Assembly: GCA_041746255.1 (NCBI GenBank)
Contig: JBGTHM010000019.1
Location: 32,001 to 96,000, forward strand
Source of the DNA: Fibrobacteria bacterium
Lineage (GTDB): Bacteria; Fibrobacterota; Fibrobacteria; UBA11236
DNA: 64,000 nucleotides
Direction of reading: 5' to 3'
Shown here: positions 31,519 through 41,374 of the stretch, piece after piece
Numbering within the stretch: position 1 is the first letter of the stretch
Layout of the letters: each line of letters begins with the position of its first letter
Made by a program: the position numbers and the translations under genes
Notes under the pieces: model-generated
What the model saw: only the letters and a program-made list of their open reading frames with translations
Database searches by the model: none
What the model was told of the DNA's origin: nothing

Positions 31519-32801
31519 GCCGAAACATCTCCAGCGGGGATTATTCCGTCATTCTTCGCTGCGAGCATCACCTTGGTAAAGGCATGGATAACATCTTCAA
31601 TGTCTTTTTCCCGGAGCGCGGCGCTCAAAGGCAGGCTGAGGGTACGATTACCGATGGTCGCGGCATGAGGATAATCCTCGCTACGCCACCCGAAGCGATT
31701 TCGATAATAAGGGTGATCGCAAAGTGACCGGTAATGTACTCCCACGCCGATATTTTCGGACGTCATGGCCTCAAGCACCCAATCACGTCCTTTTCCATTT
31801 TGCGCTGCCAATTCCGGTCCCGAATCACCTCCCTTTCCCACCTGCACGGTATAGAGATGGTAAGCATGTTTTTCTGAAGCAGCGGGCTCTGTCGGTAGAA
31901 TGCAGGGTAAACCCGCGAATGCGGCTTGATAGCGATTCCATACTAAGCGACGCTTCTCCCAATTGGCGTCGAGTCGGCGTAGTTGGTGCAGACCCAACGC
32001 CGCCTGTACATCCGTCATATTGTATTTATAGCCGAGGTCCACCACATCGTAATGCACGTATCCCGAATCAGAAAAGCGCCGCCAGGCATCCTGAGTCATG
32101 CCATGCAATGCCAGTCGTTTGATTTTATCGGCTAGCTCGGGATCGGCGGTACATATCATGCCGCCTTCGCCCGTGGTCAGATTCTTGGTGGCGTAGAAGC
32201 TGAAACATCCGATATCGCCGAAGGTGCCTGCACCTTGTCCGTTTCCGGTGGTTTCGATGGCATGGGCGCAATCTTCGATGACGCGAAGCCGGTGTTGCCT
32301 TGCCAGGGCCATGATGCCTTCCATATCGCAAAGACGTCCTGCGAAGTGAACCGGTATAATGGCCCTGGTGCGGGGTGTAATTTTCCCCATCACCGCCCGG
32401 GGTGATAGGTTCAGTGTTTCTGGGTCACAATCGGCCAGCACAGGGACGGCTCCGGCATGAAGTATGGCATTCACGGTTGCGCAAAAGGTCATGGGTGTGG
32501 TAATGACTTCATCACCGGGCCCGATTCCCAATGCCAGAATGGAAAGGTGAAGGGCGGCCGTGCAGGAATTGACGGCTACGGCATGAGGCATATGCTTATA
32601 TTGCGCGAAATCGTTTTCAAAGCGCTTCACCTTGGGACCGGTGCCTAGCCAGCGGCGACGGAGCGAATCAATTACCTCCTCAATATCTTCTTCTTCGATT
32701 TGCGGCGCCCCGAAAACCAGAAAACCCTCCCGATTGCGTGTGGGTTTACCCCCCAACAAAGCCGGGATGGAGTTTCTGCTGTCTTTTTTCTTGGAGGCCA
32801 T
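31515..32801 (-). CDS. DegT/DnrJ/ArnB family sugar aminotransferase
   Basis: NSCTAALHL, IIPVHFAG, IEDCAHA, FSFYATKNLTTGEGG; probable start MASKKK at 32801. Confidence 0.94.
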   Translation of the reverse strand: MASKKKDSRNSIPALLGGKPTRNREGFLVFGAPQIEEEDIEEVIDSLRRRWLGTGPKVKRFENDFAQYKHMPHAVAVNSCTAALHLSILALGIGPGDEVITTPMTFCATVNAILHAGAVPVLADCDPETLNLSPRAVMGKITPRTRAIIPVHFAGRLCDMEGIMALARQHRLRVIEDCAHAIETTGNGQGAGTFGDIGCFSFYATKNLTTGEGGMICTADPELADKIKRLALHGMTQDAWRRFSDSGYVHYDVVDLGYKYNMTDVQAALGLHQLRRLDANWEKRRLVWNRYQAAFAGLPCILPTEPAASEKHAYHLYTVQVGKGGDSGPELAAQNGKGRDWVLEAMTSENIGVGVHYRSLCDHPYYRNRFGWRSEDYPHAATIGNRTLSLPLSAALREKDIEDVIHAFTKVMLAAKNDGIIPAGDVSA

Positions 32802-32865
32802 CAGCTGCAATAATTGTACATAGGGATGGCGGGCGTGACTATGTCGGAATGGATTCTTTATAAAC

Positions 32866-34503
32866 ATGAGTGATTTTGCGGGATTTATCGGAATCGGGAC
32901 CCGGCCTTTGGATTCTGAGGTTACGCTCCGTTCCCTGCTCGAGCTTCTGAGCTGTGCTCCGGAGTCGCCTCCTTTTCTGCACGTGGAAGGGGATTCGGCG
33001 GTCGGCTATCGGTTGGGGAATGTTCCCATTTGCCAAATCGAACAGGAAGGCCTTCGCGTCTGGGCGATTGGGACTGCAAACCAGGAAGCACCTGACCTGC
33101 CCTTACGGATTCTACTTATTGCCAAGCAGGAAAATTGGTCGGTACTGGCAAATTTGCGCGGAACTTTTATGGCCGTGGTAGAAGATGCACCGAGGCGGAA
33201 ATGGCATCTAATCAGCGATTCCTTCGGTCTGCGCTTCCTGTATTATGCCCGGCACGGCAAGGGGCTGGTTTTTGCCAGCGAGGTAAAGGCGTTTCTTGGG
33301 ATGAAGGGATTCGCCGCAAAAGTCCATTCCGATGCCTTGCCCCATTTCCTACAACACGGCTTTCACAATGATGACGCCACTTGGCTTGAAGGAGTGCGCT
33401 TGTTGGAGGCGGCTACGGTGCTGACTTTCGATTTGGTAATTGGGTCCCTAAATACCCAAAAATATTGGGAATGGGATGAGGTGCCGCAATCATCGGAAAG
33501 CTTTGAGGAATGCTCACGGGAATTGGGCAGGATTTTCCGGCAAGCTGTTTCCCATAGCTGTTCGTTCGGAAAACGTCCAGGATTGACCTTGAGTGGCGGT
33601 CTTGATTCGCGCGCCCTGCTTGCCGCCATGCCCGAAGGAGACATCGCTACGGTGACTTTTGGAAAACACGAATGCGCGGATATTCGATTGGCCCGCGCGG
33701 CAGCTCGCCTTAAGGGCGCGTCTCATCATGTAATGGAGATTGGGCCCCAAAACTGGCTTACACCTCGTATGGAAGCTGTTTGGAGATCGGACGGGCATAT
33801 TACACTTCGGGATTTACACGGTGTGGAGTCGCTTCCCCTGGTGGCCAATGAAATGGATGTCTGTCTCAATGGATTTTTAGGGGATGCTATACTCGGAGGC
33901 ACTTATCTGAACTCCCGATCCGGAAGCCAGGAGGAGCTTTTTAAGCAACGCGGTCGTCGATTTATTCTACAGGCTGTTCGGCTCACCGAAAGGCATTGCC
34001 AGGTGGAGCTGCCTTTTTTTGACTATGACCTTATCCGTTTCACCTTGTCTTTGCCAGTAGAATGGCGAGCTGAATCATGCATCTATCGTGATATGCTCTT
34101 ACGCGAATTCCCGCTATTTTTCCGGACCCTGCCATGGCAGAAAACCGGCCTTCCCATAAGCACGCCCCGCGCAGTGGAGAAGGCCCACTCCTTCATGAGG
34201 CGCGGCTGGGGGAAAGCCCTACGCGGTACCAGACGGATTTTTCCGAGTGTGGATGGAAATCCCGACTTTACGGACTACGCGCTATGGCTGCGAAGCGAAC
34301 CGACAATAATTCTGCTCCCGAAACTCCTATTGGATAAAAGCAGCTTGTTGGGGGACTTGATGGATATGCATCCGGTGCGTCAGGAGTGGGAGAGACATCT
34401 GGCAGGAGAGGACTTTGCAGGTAGGCTTTGCGCCTTGATGACAGCGGAGCTATGGTTGCAACAGGCATTTACGGGGAAATTTCGTTCAGGCTTTTCCAGC
34501 TGA
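32866..34503 (+). CDS. Asparagine synthetase-like amidoligase (lacks N-terminal catalytic Cys)
   Basis: DSFGLRFLYY, FASEVKA, LSGGLDSR PP-loop, PFFDYDL; begins MSDFAG rather than MCGI. Confidence 0.88.
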   Translation: MSDFAGFIGIGTRPLDSEVTLRSLLELLSCAPESPPFLHVEGDSAVGYRLGNVPICQIEQEGLRVWAIGTANQEAPDLPLRILLIAKQENWSVLANLRGTFMAVVEDAPRRKWHLISDSFGLRFLYYARHGKGLVFASEVKAFLGMKGFAAKVHSDALPHFLQHGFHNDDATWLEGVRLLEAATVLTFDLVIGSLNTQKYWEWDEVPQSSESFEECSRELGRIFRQAVSHSCSFGKRPGLTLSGGLDSRALLAAMPEGDIATVTFGKHECADIRLARAAARLKGASHHVMEIGPQNWLTPRMEAVWRSDGHITLRDLHGVESLPLVANEMDVCLNGFLGDAILGGTYLNSRSGSQEELFKQRGRRFILQAVRLTERHCQVELPFFDYDLIRFTLSLPVEWRAESCIYRDMLLREFPLFFRTLPWQKTGLPISTPRAVEKAHSFMRRGWGKALRGTRRIFPSVDGNPDFTDYALWLRSEPTIILLPKLLLDKSSLLGDLMDMHPVRQEWERHLAGEDFAGRLCALMTAELWLQQAFTGKFRSGFSS

Positions 34504-34515
34504 ATCAATTCCGTC

Positions 34516-36000
34516 TTAATCCTTTTTCACGATACCGCCGGATCGAGCCAATTGCCACATTTTGCCCAACATGGCCGGAAAAAAAAGCCGCATGCCACCG
34601 GCATAAATGAGGAATCCTAAACCCGTCATCGATACCAAGCGGACAAGCGGCTTATCCGGAATAAAACTCGTTGCTAAAGTGATGGACGCGGCCATGATCC
34701 CCGCCACCAAGAAAGCGGGAGTAATTTTAATGAAAAATTCTCCAGGAAGCATGCCAATCAAGCGAAAGCGTACCCAGAAATCCAACGGCCAAAGTAGGGT
34801 TACGCAGGCGATTACCAGTCCCCAGGCCACGCCAATAAGGCCCCAATTTTTGCCGATGACCACGGCGCCGGAATAGACCACCAACGCTAAAATATTGAAT
34901 AGAAAAGCCCAGTCCACCCTACCCTTGGCCAAAAGTAGTGAACCAATGGGATTGCCAATGCCAATAATCATTCCGAGCAAACACAGTACTTGCAAGGGAA
35001 CGATTGCTTCGTTCCAGCCGGGACCAAGAAAGAGCGGGATCAAAAACGGAGCGGTGGCGATAAGGCCGAAGTAAAGTGGAGTGGTTATAAATGCAATGGC
35101 TTCGATGGCTTCCAAATAGCCTCGGCGAATGCGCTCATCGTCTTGCTGGATGCGTGAGAATACGGGAAAGGCGACACGTGTGATAATCGGGTTAAGGAGC
35201 ATAATCGGGCGTAAAACGATTTGATAGGCGATATTGTAATGGCCCAGCATTTGGACTCCCAGGAGCTTGCCAATTAGCAATTTATCGGTCTGTCCGCGCA
35301 GAAATCCGATACCTCGCTCGCCCAACTGATAAGAAACGAAGCCCAAATAGGGTTTGACATGAGACCATTGCCAGCCAAAGCCCGGAACCCAATGGGTAAG
35401 GCCTGTTACTATCCATATTGCGGAACGGATGGTGGTCAAAGCCAAAAGTCCCATAACTAAGGAGAATGTACCCTGTCCGGAAAAGCCAGCACCGATGGCA
35501 ACACATGTCCCAACAACTGCACCCAGCGATTCACCCCAGGCTATGGGCGCGAAGCGCAGGGCCTGCTGGTGCAAAGCGAAAAAGGGCTGCCCAAGCGCGG
35601 TGAGCGGGAAGAGTAACGCTCCCCAGCGAATAATTGGCTTCAACTCTTCGGCATTGAAAAACTCTGCTACTGGGTTGGCCAAAGCATAAGAGAGAAGCCC
35701 CAGCAGCGCGGAGGCCAAAATCGCCGTCCAATAAATGGATGTGAGTTCTTGCGCATCTTTTGTTTGGCGATGGACGAGTGCATTGGAAAGACCCAAATCG
35801 GCCAGGGTCTGGGCCAAACCCAAAACCAGCATGGCCATGGCCGCGAGGCCGAATTGCGCAGGAGAGAGTAGGCGCGCCAGAAAGGCCAGTTGGACCAATT
35901 GCAGAAGGAAGGTCAGGCCGGTAGCGATGGCGCTCCAACGCGCCGCCGAGTAGGCTTGAGACCGAAGTGGACCTGGTGTCACGGTATCGGAAGGCAGCAT
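34516..36000 (-). CDS. wzx: Wzx/MOP polysaccharide flippase (WzxC-like)
   Basis: LARLLSPAQFG, DLGLSNAL, DKLLIGKLLG...LGHYNIAY, VAFPVFS; many TMs. Confidence 0.92.
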   Translation of the reverse strand: MLPSDTVTPGPLRSQAYSAARWSAIATGLTFLLQLVQLAFLARLLSPAQFGLAAMAMLVLGLAQTLADLGLSNALVHRQTKDAQELTSIYWTAILASALLGLLSYALANPVAEFFNAEELKPIIRWGALLFPLTALGQPFFALHQQALRFAPIAWGESLGAVVGTCVAIGAGFSGQGTFSLVMGLLALTTIRSAIWIVTGLTHWVPGFGWQWSHVKPYLGFVSYQLGERGIGFLRGQTDKLLIGKLLGVQMLGHYNIAYQIVLRPIMLLNPIITRVAFPVFSRIQQDDERIRRGYLEAIEAIAFITTPLYFGLIATAPFLIPLFLGPGWNEAIVPLQVLCLLGMIIGIGNPIGSLLLAKGRVDWAFLFNILALVVYSGAVVIGKNWGLIGVAWGLVIACVTLLWPLDFWVRFRLIGMLPGEFFIKITPAFLVAGIMAASITLATSFIPDKPLVRLVSMTGLGFLIYAGGMRLFFPAMLGKMWQLARSGGIVKKD

Positions 36001-36131
36001 AGGCTATCGGGTAGTTTGGATTGCCGAGAAGGGATAAAGCCTCGAATAAACTAGAAAATTAGGCCAACTTCGTATTTTGTGTCTGGAACGCATGAAGCCA
36101 GAAGCATGCCTGCCCGATCCCGATATTAACT

Positions 36132-38759
36132 TTGATAGGAATGGATACCGATAATGCTCAAGCCACATCCGGGTGGGTGGTTTTAGGGCCTGTAAGCCTG
36201 GGGTTCAGCTTTTCTTTATTTCTCAGTCAGTCCCTTTCGAGGGGTGACTTTTCGGGAATTGCCCATACCCCTTTTTTAATCCAGGTGCTTTTAGGAACGA
36301 CATTGATGTTTTGGGGATTGCATCTCCTTCGTTCCGCCGCTATCCGATACGCTTCCGGATTGCTCGGGAAAAAGGCATTTGTGCGTTACCAAAGATGCGA
36401 GATCTATACTTACCTGGTATTCTCTTTGCCATTACTCGGTTACATCGGGGTGCTTCCATCCATTTTACTTTTCTGGGTAACGACTGCTTTCTATCTGATT
36501 CTGCAATTGGCTTTGATCGCCTTTTCCTCGAAAAGTACCGGAAGCACTGCGGTCACTCCCAGTGGAAAATTCGCCTTGCTCTTTCTCATCTCAGGCGCTT
36601 CCTCACTGATGTATCAAATCGTCTGGCAACGTGTCCTTTTCGCCGCCTATGGCATCAACATCGAAACGGTAACCTTGATAGTTTCGGTATTCATGTTCGG
36701 ATTGGGAATCGGCGCTCTATTGGGGGGTTACCTCTCTCAAAAATTCGAAAGGAAACTTGTTCTTCTTTTCATCCTATGCGAAGTATCCATCGGGCTCTTT
36801 GGTATTATCAGTATTCCCCTCCTCAAAACCGTGGCGGCCGGAACCGTGCACTATTCCCTCGTGCAAACCATTCCGGCGCTTTTCTTCCTTCTATGCGTCC
36901 CAACCATTTTCATGGGCGCCACCCTGCCTATTTTGACCGCTCATTTCCATGGCTATTTCAAAAACGTCGGCAAGTCGGTGGGAGTCCTTTATTTCTGCAA
37001 TACGCTGGGTGCCGCGACGGCATGTATCCTTACCGTGGACATCTTCTTTTTATTTTTCGGACAGAATCAAACCATACTTATCGCGGTGATTTTGAATTTA
37101 ATGATAGCAGTGCTTGCCTGGCTTTGGGGAGGAAGCCAAAAAGCCGGTACCAGTCCAGAACACGTTAAAGTCTCACAAATGGTACCGGTTCGCCCGCTTT
37201 CTTATGCGCTGATCCTAGCTTTATCCATGACCGCAGGGTTCATCTCCCTTAGCCAGGAAATCTTGTGGGTGCGCTTCGTTTCCTATATGTCGCAATCCCG
37301 GCCCCACGTTTTCGCGCATGTGCTGGGGTTTTTCTTATTGGGCATCAGTATGGGCGCCAAGTATGCGGAAAGGCTTTCGATTCAGAGCGCACTCCGCCCC
37401 ATAGTCCACATTGGTAAAATCTATGCGGTCAACGGCCTGCTTTTCCCCATCGGTTTTTTCGTCATCGGAGAAGCTGCCCAGTTTGATAAAACCTATGCGA
37501 TGGGCTTGGCTTATACTTTTATTTTCATAAACGCTTTTTTGACGGGACAAATTTTTCCGTTGTTGTGTCACTTTGGAATCAATAGGGAGATCCACGTAGG
37601 CGCTCCCGTCTCGCGGATTTATTTGGCAAATATCATCGGTTCCACCATAGGCCCATTGCTTATGGGATTTTTCCTCCTGCAATATTTTTCCTTAAAGATG
37701 AACATTCTACTCATGGGTTGGTTAGGCTTGCTGCTTAGCGGATCCTTGATGCTCCATGCCCCAGGTTTAAAGGGGCGGATATGGAGAATGGGCGGTGTCG
37801 CGGTACTTTCCGGGTTATGCTTGGTCGCGGTTGGAGAGGGAATGCGAAATGTGCTCGAAAAGGTGCATTTCGGTTCGGACTTTTCACTCAAGGGCCCTTA
37901 CAAGTATCTTCATGAGAACCGCAGCGGAATAATTGCCGTGAATTCGAACGAGAGCGGAGACATAATTTATGGCGGGGGAGCGTATGACGGGCACTTCGCC
38001 AACTCCATCCGAGAAGATTCGAATGGGATTGCCCGCACCTATATGGTGGCGGCAATTCATCCGGATCCCAAAAAAGTTTTGGTGATGGGATTGGCCAGCG
38101 GATCTTGGGTATGGGTATTGAGCCAATACGAAAAAATTGAAAGACTCACAGTAGTGGAAATCAACCCTGGGTATGCGGGAATTGTTTCCCGATATCCACC
38201 GTATAACGAGATATTGAACCATCCCAAGGTGCACCTCCACTTTACCGATATCCGTCGTTGGCTTTTGCGCCATCCCGACGAAAAATTCGATCTAATCGTC
38301 GCCAATGTAACCCACAACTGGAGAAGTAACACCACATCTCTTTTGTCCGCCGAGTTTTTACGTGTATCCAAAGATCATTTGAACCCGGGTGGCGTTCTTT
38401 ATTATAACTCCACAGGCTCAGAGCATGTACCTCACACGGCGGCTCGAAATTTTAAGCACGTGACAACCTACTCGAATTTTGTGGCCGCCAGCGACCACCC
38501 CTTCAGCCTGTCTGAAGAGCATAAGAGGAAGAATCTGAGCTTGTTTACTCGTGACGAACAACCTCTATTGGATACCACTGATACCGCTATAGCGTCCATC
38601 GTCCAGGCGATGGCTAGCCACCCGCTTGACGACCAGGTTAAGGAGTGGCTGCTGCGAACCGATCTACGCGAGATCACCGATGCCAATATGTTGACTGAAT
38701 TCAGGATGACCCGGTTGAGTTGGTTCAATCGCCGTTTGGCGTGGAGGCGGGGTTGGTAA
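36132..38759 (+). CDS. Multi-TM protein fused to a spermidine-synthase-like SAM-binding domain
   Basis: Duplicated TM unit (SGASSLMYQIVW.R / GFISLSQEILWVR; LYFCNTLGA / IYLANIIGS); VLVMGLASG, VEINP, FDLIV, LNPGG. Confidence 0.88.
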   Translation: MIGMDTDNAQATSGWVVLGPVSLGFSFSLFLSQSLSRGDFSGIAHTPFLIQVLLGTTLMFWGLHLLRSAAIRYASGLLGKKAFVRYQRCEIYTYLVFSLPLLGYIGVLPSILLFWVTTAFYLILQLALIAFSSKSTGSTAVTPSGKFALLFLISGASSLMYQIVWQRVLFAAYGINIETVTLIVSVFMFGLGIGALLGGYLSQKFERKLVLLFILCEVSIGLFGIISIPLLKTVAAGTVHYSLVQTIPALFFLLCVPTIFMGATLPILTAHFHGYFKNVGKSVGVLYFCNTLGAATACILTVDIFFLFFGQNQTILIAVILNLMIAVLAWLWGGSQKAGTSPEHVKVSQMVPVRPLSYALILALSMTAGFISLSQEILWVRFVSYMSQSRPHVFAHVLGFFLLGISMGAKYAERLSIQSALRPIVHIGKIYAVNGLLFPIGFFVIGEAAQFDKTYAMGLAYTFIFINAFLTGQIFPLLCHFGINREIHVGAPVSRIYLANIIGSTIGPLLMGFFLLQYFSLKMNILLMGWLGLLLSGSLMLHAPGLKGRIWRMGGVAVLSGLCLVAVGEGMRNVLEKVHFGSDFSLKGPYKYLHENRSGIIAVNSNESGDIIYGGGAYDGHFANSIREDSNGIARTYMVAAIHPDPKKVLVMGLASGSWVWVLSQYEKIERLTVVEINPGYAGIVSRYPPYNEILNHPKVHLHFTDIRRWLLRHPDEKFDLIVANVTHNWRSNTTSLLSAEFLRVSKDHLNPGGVLYYNSTGSEHVPHTAARNFKHVTTYSNFVAASDHPFSLSEEHKRKNLSLFTRDEQPLLDTTDTAIASIVQAMASHPLDDQVKEWLLRTDLREITDANMLTEFRMTRLSWFNRRLAWRRGW

Positions 38760-39177
38760 TGCCAAGGAATTGAAATAAACCTGAGTTCAGAGGTCCTGGA
38801 CGAAAAGTGAATGGATGGAGAATACCCAAACTGAAATTCGGTCCATTACGACGGGTGTATCGATTCTTGAAAAAGGTGTCACAAAGTCAGAGTAGATGCT
38901 CGTTTTAAACCTATGCATATGGGTCCAAATGCTACTTGGCGCATGGATTTATTTGAGGACGACCTGAGCATTGAAACCATTGCAGGAAAGCATGGTTCTC
39001 GGAGCGATGGAAAAGAATTTACAGCTAGTAGCGGCCCCAACGTCTTCTAAGTGATAGATCACTTGCCAGGGCCTGTTCGCTTAACCATAATATAGGATGA
39101 ATTTCTAATTTAAATTTGAAACGAAAATGTCCCCACTCAGTGTTTAATCAACTTTTAAGGCAGATAAATAGATACGT

Positions 39178-40329
39178 ATGAATAAAAAACCAGAAGTATT
39201 ATTGCCAGTCCTCACCAATCTGGCAACTGATTATCGGGTATACAAAATGTCCAAGTCCCTTTCGAATCTTGGATACCAGCCTATTGTTCTATGTGATAAG
39301 CCCAAAAATAAACTGGGGGAAGATTGGCAAGACATCCAGATTAAATTCGTGGTAAATGAATCCCACATGGATGGTTTTTTCAAGATATGGGTAAAATTCA
39401 TAATAAAATTATTCCCTATTTTTTTGCGCACTAAAAGCAAATTGTGGATTGTGGAAGACTGTCCAGCCCTCATGTTAGCTGCATTGATAGGTAGACTCAG
39501 AGGTGTTCAGGTAATTTACGATTCCCATGAAATTTTTCTGGAGACTCCAGAGGTGAAGCGGTCGCCTTTAAAACGGATTTTTTGGAAATTTTGGCACGAT
39601 GGAGGTCTTAAATGGGTCAAAAAAATGATCGTAGTAAGCCCCGATTCAAAAGAATTTTTTGAGAACCAATTTAAACACATTCACTTTTTAATCATGCCGA
39701 ATGTTCCTTTCAGTCCAAATCCTGTGAGTGAACCAAGAATCCCGGGTTCATTTGATAAACATGCAGTGGTATTGATTTTTCAAGGTTATCTCAGAGCCGA
39801 AAACAATTTCAAATCTCTGATAATGGTATTGCAAAAGCATAAAGGGTATCAGCTATTAATAGTTGGAGATGGACATGAAAAAGGAAATATTCAAAATTAT
39901 ATAAATGAAGCTGGGGTTCAAAATCAAGTAAAAATGCCCGGTATATTACCCTTTGGAGACCTTAAAGCCTGGACCGGTCAAGCTAATATTGGAATTCACC
40001 TTGTACGTCCTTGGTCATTGAATATCGATAGAACCTGGCACAATAAAATATTCGATTATATCCATGCGGGTCTTCCCGTATTAATGGGTGACACGGTTGC
40101 TTTGCGAACTCTACTAACAAAGCATAGGGTGGGTATTATTGTAAACCCTGATGATGAAAAAGACATCGAGCGCGGTATTAATGAATTGATTGAAAACTAT
40201 TCGTTTTATCAAGAAAACTGTAGACGGGCAGCTTTGGAATGGAATTGGGATTTCTTTGAAATTTTGTTGGGTGAATTTATTCGCGAAGGCGATGCCTCCA
40301 TTAATGAAATGCGAGTTTCTCCCGAATAG
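39178..40329 (+). CDS. Glycosyltransferase family 4 (low GC)
   Basis: DYRVYK, IYDSHE, IFQG, VGDG, NKIFDYIHAGLPV. Confidence 0.9.
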   Translation: MNKKPEVLLPVLTNLATDYRVYKMSKSLSNLGYQPIVLCDKPKNKLGEDWQDIQIKFVVNESHMDGFFKIWVKFIIKLFPIFLRTKSKLWIVEDCPALMLAALIGRLRGVQVIYDSHEIFLETPEVKRSPLKRIFWKFWHDGGLKWVKKMIVVSPDSKEFFENQFKHIHFLIMPNVPFSPNPVSEPRIPGSFDKHAVVLIFQGYLRAENNFKSLIMVLQKHKGYQLLIVGDGHEKGNIQNYINEAGVQNQVKMPGILPFGDLKAWTGQANIGIHLVRPWSLNIDRTWHNKIFDYIHAGLPVLMGDTVALRTLLTKHRVGIIVNPDDEKDIERGINELIENYSFYQENCRRAALEWNWDFFEILLGEFIREGDASINEMRVSPE

Positions 40330-40384
40330 GCTGAATTGCAAAGGTATGCGGAAAGTAGTAGATTAGCAGAATGAGGCGAGGCTG

Positions 40385-41164
40385 ATGGATCGAAATCAAC
40401 ATTCTTCCAAACTTGAACGAGAAAAAGAATGGTATAAAAGTAATGGCCGCCTCTCCGACCATCCCCTTAACTCGTCACTTTTTTATTCTTCCGCCCGTAA
40501 CAATTTCAATTATATCTTTCCAAAGAATATCATGGCCAAGTCACTGAACATGGCCCTAAGTGACAAACCTGAATCGAAAATTCTTTTGGCCCCGTTGGGG
40601 AGCGGGGATGACCTTTCCTACTTGAAGGGAAAAGGTCGGAAATTGACCGGTATTGACATATCGCCGGATGCGTTAGGAGAAGTATCTGACCGCGACGTGG
40701 ATAAGCTTGAGGGTGATATGTCGAATATGAACATGTTTCCAGAGGGTAGCTTTGATGTCGTAGTGACGCCATTATTTTTCCATCATTATATTCTCCATGG
40801 CTTCGACCCATTTTCTCATGAGTTGTTCCGTGTACTTAAGCCGGGGGGGACTTTCATTTCATTGGAGCCCAGTCTTTTTAATCCCATTAGCCTATTTGCC
40901 AGAACTGGTAAACGTATATTCGGGAATATAACCGGCCAAGTTGAAGATGAAGGGCCATTCATTCCTCAAAAGTTGGTGAATTCCTTGCGACGTGCAGGAT
41001 TTGTAAAACCCAAAGTATTGGGCGCCGGATTTTGCCATAACAGAATCCCCATCCCATTGGCGCGAGTGTGTAATTCTATTTCAAAACCATTCCTCAACAT
41101 CTTTCCTTTTAACATAATGTGCTGGATGTGTGTTTTCACGGCACGGAAACCATTCAACAACTAG
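40385..41164 (+). CDS. Class I SAM-dependent methyltransferase
   Basis: LLAPLGSG, GIDIS, FDVV, FFHH, RVLKPGG..ISLEP. Confidence 0.88.
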   Translation: MDRNQHSSKLEREKEWYKSNGRLSDHPLNSSLFYSSARNNFNYIFPKNIMAKSLNMALSDKPESKILLAPLGSGDDLSYLKGKGRKLTGIDISPDALGEVSDRDVDKLEGDMSNMNMFPEGSFDVVVTPLFFHHYILHGFDPFSHELFRVLKPGGTFISLEPSLFNPISLFARTGKRIFGNITGQVEDEGPFIPQKLVNSLRRAGFVKPKVLGAGFCHNRIPIPLARVCNSISKPFLNIFPFNIMCWMCVFTARKPFNN

Positions 41165-41374
41165 GCTGCTTACCATCCCAGTACAACTCATTGGTATATT
41201 TCGTCGCTAAGCTTCGTGCGGGAAGCTCACCCCGTAAATTCCTTTCGGGGATAGTTGAAAGAGTTCGTTTGCGACCTTTGGATCAGGCTTAACGAGGTCA
41301 TTCATGGACGCTACCGGTGCTTCTTTCCTCGCAAGGCGGTAACCACAACCCACTCGGGGCCTTTTCCCTTGGCA

